Source: Trichodelitschia bisporula (lineage: Eukaryota). Taken from it: a stretch of DNA of 64,000 nt. The notes beneath the pieces are model-generated. The model saw nothing but the letters and a program-made list of their open reading frames with translations. It searched no databases and was not told where the DNA came from. Below, in pieces: positions 58,964 through 64,000 of this stretch (the stretch's first letter is position 1; every line of letters starts with the position of its first letter). A program made the translations under genes and the position numbers. The stretch is taken from positions 930,001 to 994,000 of the forward strand of contig ML996693.1 in assembly GCA_010356995.1 (NCBI GenBank), read 5' to 3'.

Positions 58964-61370
58964 ATGGCGTCCTGGAGATTCTCGTTTCTCTTGCTGCTCG
59001 TCGTCCTCGTCGTGCTGCCCTCGCATGTCTCAGCCTTTGGCGCGGGGAACATTGCCTCCATCTCCAAGATCGAGGGCAAAAACTGGCGTCATGGCGATAT
59101 TGAGGACCTACTGGCGACGGTCGCTTTTCTGCGCGGTCACAAATGGACCTCTAAGCTGATCAAGCGTGTGTATTTTGGCAACTGGCTCCGCGACTACTCG
59201 CAGGCTGTTGACGTCGGCACGCTCAAGGGTGTGCAAGCCGACACTATCCGCGTGCTGGTCTGGGTGCTGTCGTTCATGGCATTTGGGTATGCCACGGAGG
59301 AGTACGAGGTCACGTCGGAGCGCTTGGGTGTTTATCGTCCCGAGGAGCACATCGATAACCCGAGGGACTATGCCGACAACGAGGATGCGCGCCAATATGA
59401 CCCGCGTCTGCGGCCGCCGGTTGCGCAGGAGGAGCTCAATATTGATCCGAATACAGGTAGACATCCTTAAGCTCAAAGCGGCAAGGCGCAGTACTGACGA
59501 GAAAGGCATGAAAAACTACATCGCCAACGAGAACGGCTTCTGGGCCACCAGCTCCGGCTACATCAAGCACAGCCTGAACCGCTCCATCCACTTCGGCCGC
59601 GAGTACACCAGCGGTCAAAACCGCGGCCAGGAGTCAGATCTGAATGAAGCATTGCGCTGCCTTGGCCAGGCGCTCCATACGCTTGAGGACTTTGGCGCGC
59701 ATACGAACTATGTTGAATTAACGCTGCGCGAGATGGGCTTCCACAACGTCTTCGCCCACTGCGGCACGGCGAGCGAGGTCAACATTCACGGCAAGCGCAT
59801 CTACCCGCTGGTCACCGGTACTTTCGGCGGTGTGGACTTTCTGCACTCTGTTCTCGGCGAAGTGACGGACCATGTTACTCAGTCGGAGCTGGACGAGATG
59901 AATGATGCCCTTGGTGCGGCGGCGACTTCGAACAAGAAGTCCGTTGGCGGCGGGCCGAATTCTGGGCCCGCGAGCCTAGATGGCTTGACTGATCTTCTCT
60001 CCAAGATCCCCGGGACTGGTGGGCTTATCCAGGAGGCAGCCAGCTTGCAAGCCGCCTCGGATGCCCAAGCTGCGTCCAATTCCCGCGGTTTCGACGATTA
60101 CAGCGGTACCCGCGCGTCCGGTCAACCGCCCTCGTTCCAGGCTCCTCCCGGCTCCGTCGGCGGTCCCCCAGGCCCCGGCATCCCCGGCACAAACCCGAAC
60201 CTCGACCCACAGGCCGTGATCGCAAGGATCTACCCCATCCTCATCTTCAGAGACAACGTCGCACGCGCCATCAGCGCCGTAGTCTCCAAAATCCCCGGTC
60301 TGGAGAAATTGATCGAGACCATCAGCGAGCGCGTCACCCTCTTCGTCTTCTCCCTGCTCGCGCCCTACATTCAACCGCTCCTGAAAGCAGCCTCACAGTC
60401 CCTGAAAACAGGCTCGTCGGCTGTGGTCGACGCCTCGGGCAAGCACCAGTTCGAGCCCTGGACGGACCCGCACTGCACGGATCCCACGCACTCGCTGCTC
60501 AGCAAGGATCACTTCTCCAATATACTTAACGAGCCAGCGGGCCAAGTCGCGGCCTCCATCCTGCAGTACGTCGCACCCCGCGTCATCTACGCCTGGGAAC
60601 ACCCCGACGTGCCCGTCCAACAGGTCCTCGACGACGTAACACGCGTGTTCCACCACCCCGCGCTCCGCGACCCGCATCTCGAGATCCATCAGAAGATGTT
60701 CGCGGCGGTGGAGAAATGGGTCCAGGGCCGCGCGGACCGGGGTAATGCGCTTAATAACCAGCTGAGCTCGGAGAGTGTCAAGGAGGGACATAATCACACG
60801 GGCGAGGGGCACGGGCCGGGCGGGCCGGGACATAGCCATGGCACGCCCGCGCACGCCCCCGCGCAGCACGGCGGCGGTTTCTCGATGCCGAACATCCCGG
60901 GCGTGGGACAATTGCCTCAATTGCCGAACTTCGGGGCTATCACTGGGCTCGGCAGCCATAGCAAGGTCTCCGGCTCGCCCTTCGATATGTTCACTAAGAA
61001 GCGCGAGTTGGGCGAGTTTGACGACGGGCCCGGGGGAGGAGCGCCGTCGCAGGCCTGGACGCCTGGCCCGACGCCGGATGCGGGGTATGGGTATCAGCAG
61101 GGCGGGGTGGGGTATGAGCAGCAGAACTTCGACCCTATGGCGGGGCAGGCGCCGCCGCCAGATGTGTATGGGTATCAGGTGGGGACGAGTTATCAGCAGG
61201 GGTACAGTGATGGGGGGCCGCCGCCGCAGGGGCCCGGGGGGTATGGGGGGTATGAGCACCAGCAGCCGCAGCATCAGCCGCAGCATCAGCCGCAGCAGCA
61301 GCATCAGCAGCCGTATGATCCGAATCGGCCGCCGCCTGGGGCGTATGGGCAGTATGGGGGTGGGTACTAG
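58964..61370 (+). CDS. het-c: Het-C domain protein
   Basis: Signal peptide; FGAGNIASIS..EGKNWRHGDIED, VYFGNWLRDYSQAVDVG, LGVYRPEEHIDNP, LHTLEDFGAHTNYVEL, DPTHSLLSKDHF; G/Y/Q-rich C-terminus. Confidence 0.95.
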
Positions 61371-61686
61371 GTGGGATAGGTGGGTTGTTGTGATTGCTGA
61401 AAGGACGGGATAATGAAGCGTGGTGGCGGGAAGAATAATGAACGCACGTTACACGAAACTCTCAATGACGGACCGAGGCTCGAAACGGGCAACTAGCGGG
61501 TGAAAGAAGAGCAGAGATGTGATTCCTTTATCTACAGCAGGCCCCCCGACTCAGACTCCGTGATTCGCCTTTTACATGCAAGTGGTTGGTCATTAGGATT
61601 GGCCGTTTCTATGCAACGCCCATATTCCCGTCGTGATATCGGTGTTGGAAGGTGTTACATGATTGTCGTGCACTAGTTCTAGAAGT

Positions 61687-62132
61687 TTACTCGTTGATCT
61701 TGGCCAGAAGCTCGTGGTCGCGGAACAACGAGTACTCCTCGTCGTTGACTTTGATCGGCGAGCCGCCGTACTGCGGGGCTTCGTTAGCCCAGTTCCCAAC
61801 CAGCACAAAGGAGGCAATGCGAGTAGGTTCGCTTGCGCTCGCTCAACTCACCTGCGGAATCAAAACCTTATCCCCCGGCTGCACACTCACGGCAATGCGC
61901 TTCCCGTCCTTGTCATACCCGCCGGGTCCGACGGCCAACACTCGCGCTTCGTTCAGTTCTTTGACGGACGCTTCAGGGAGGAAGATCCCGCCGGCGGTTT
62001 TGGCTTCGGCTTTTACGCGCTGGACGAGGACGCGGTCGAGGAGGGGGGCGAGGGATTTGATGCTTTTGACGGCGAGGGACTGGGTTGTTAGTTTGGGTTG
62101 GATTGGGGAGAAGGGGGGGGGGGGCTTGCCAT
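61687..62132 (-). CDS. HSP10: 10 kDa mitochondrial chaperonin
   Basis: M/SLAVKSIKSLAPLLDRVLVQRVKAEAKTAGGIFLPE...LAVGPG...GDKVLIPQ/YGGSPIKVNDEEYSLFRDHELLAKINE-stop. Confidence 0.97.
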
Positions 62133-62275
62133 TGTGACGGTTGGGGTGGAAGGAGAGGTTGGTGAGGTGGTTTGGGTGGTATGCGATTGAGGTCGGGCGG
62201 TGTAAGGACGTTTTGTGGTGGGAGAGGAGCGTTCGTGAGGGCGGTAAAAATATTGAGCGATGAAGCTGCGCAACC

Positions 62276-62318
62276 AGAACGTTCCATTCGCGGAGCATGG
62301 GCCTTCGGCGAAACTTCC
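62276..62318. promoter_or_regulatory. Heat-shock-element-like motifs upstream of HSP10
   Basis: AGAACGTTCC at 62276-62285 and CGAAACTTCC at 62309-62318 (nGAAnnTTCn). Confidence 0.5.
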
Positions 62319-62460
62319 GCGCCGAAGCGAGCTCCGTGCAGCGGCGCGGGCCGAGAGTCGCGTCTTTATCTGAGCGAGACCGACAAAGAAATATATCGAG
62401 AGAGAGAAGTTCGTGTCAAGATCATCACCACTGCCAATTGAAGTCTAATTGTATAGCCGC

Positions 62461-64000
62461 ATGATCCGCACACCCCGCCTCGCCCGCGCAGCGGACGTCA
62501 TACTCCGCCATGAATTCCTGGCCGCCTGGCCGACGGCGGGGTACGAGATCTCGGGGCCGCAGGCACTAGGTTCGTCGCGCAGCCCATTACCATCCCCAGT
62601 AGCAAGATCCCCAGTAGCAAGATCCCCGGTAGCAGAACTACAGCTAACCCCCCCTTCCCAGCCATAAGCGGCGGCGTCGACTCCATAGCCCTCGCCGCCA
62701 TGTGCGCACACTACCACCCCCCCTCCTACCGTTCCCACATCCACGCCTTCATCGTCGATCACAACCTGCGTCCCACCAGCACGCGTGAAGCGACCGAAGT
62801 GCACTCCTTCCTCGTCGAAGAGCTGGGTGCGTGAGCCCCGCGCCGCTTCTGCGTTCGCTCACACCGCTAGACATGCCCACGCGCATAATCCCGGTCAGCG
62901 TCCCGCTGGGCGAAGGGGGGAAGAATCTCGAAGCCCTGGCCCGGACAGCGCGGTTTCGTGCTCTGGGCATAGCGTGTCGAGATGTCGGTGCCGGGGCGCT
63001 GTTCCTCGCGCACCACGCGGACGACCAAGTCGAGACGATCGTCGACCGGCTGAGCAAATCGCACGTCCTCGGTCTCAGCGGTATCGATCCCATCGGTGGC
63101 ATCCCGGAGTGTTTCGGCCTGCACGGCGTAGCCGGGAGCGGGGATTTACTTCCCCTGCACCGCGGGGCGTGCAATGTGCGATATGGGAATGCGGTCAGGG
63201 GGATGGAGACGGGGGGTGTGCGGGTTGTGCGCCCGTTGCTGGGGTTTGAGAAGGCACGGCTGCGGGCTACGTGTGAATTTTTTGGGGTGCGGTGGTGGGA
63301 GGATGCAACCAACAAAGACCAGACCCTCACAGTGCGGAACGCGGTGCGGCATATCTACGCCACCTCCGCGATGCCGAAGGCATTAAGCAAGACCTCTATC
63401 CTCGGTCTCGGCGCGGTGAAGGCGTTTCAGAATGCGCAAAGGGAGCGGGAGGTTGAGAGGCTCTTCTCGATGTGCGATATTAGGCTCGATGTGCGCAGCG
63501 GGGTGGCTACGGTTAGGATACCGCATTTGCAGAAAGTGGTGGAGGGGGGGGGGGAAGGGGTGAAGGCCGTGGGCATGGGCTTGCTGAGACGGCTGGCCGA
63601 GCTGGTGTCCCCGCTGGAACAGGCCCCGCTTAAGGGCTTTGACGTGCCGTTCGAGTACGTGTTCGGGTCGCGGGATGCGGAGAAGAAGGCGTTCACGAAT
63701 GCCGGCGTGGCGTTTTACCGAGAGGATAAGTGGCACGCCGCAAACTCACGACCTCCGAGCACGCCTGTTTCTGATCCTGAGACTGATGCCTGGCACTCGG
63801 CCTGGATCCTCACCCGCGAACCCGCCCCCATAACCGATGTAATCGAAATCTCACCCTCCACCACCCCCTCTCCATTCACCCTCTGGGACCGCCGCTTCTG
63901 GATCTCAGTTCTCAACCCAACCTCCTCTCCTCTCCGCATCCGCGTCCTGGACGAGGCCACCCTGCGCGCAATCCGCGCTGCCATCGATGCCGACGCTCTA
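62461..64000 (+). CDS. PP-loop ATPase, tRNA(Ile)-lysidine synthetase (TilS)-like (runs off window end)
   Basis: After intron 62570-62661: AISGGVDS, FIVDHNLR, EALARTARFRAL, LAHHADDQVET, VVRPLLGFEK, WWEDATN, RNAVR. Confidence 0.88.

Overview
Gene-dense, GC-rich nuclear DNA of a filamentous ascomycete (Pezizomycotina, probably a Dothideomycete; inferred from short ~45-60 nt GT-AG introns with CTRAC/CTAAC branch points and from the gene set). About 22 spliced protein-coding genes are recognisable: TBF1-like (partial), ARP3, taspase-1, NAR1, RPB12, COT1/CBK1, cutinase, SmF, aldehyde dehydrogenase, YRA1, VPS11, mitochondrial uL10, TRP4, an MFS sugar porter, a kelch/TM protein, MDM1/SNX, MET14, VMA5, GCV1, Het-C, HSP10, and TilS-like (partial). 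A U4 snRNA gene is also present. Two regions are not explained by these genes. (1) 43.4-47.05 kb has no credible ORF but holds three blocks of long, G-U-containing helices on the + strand; one is closed by a 34-bp ungapped helix whose pairing continues across a predicted splice junction. This is the best candidate for an undescribed ncRNA system. (2) 9.7-12.55 kb holds a tRNA-like Pol III element and three tandem, apparently non-coding units that each keep a 45-nt GC-AG intron-like segment. Exon boundaries and base pairings were read by eye; no database search or folding program was run. There are three N gaps (9842-9896, 38237-38266, 48519-48548).
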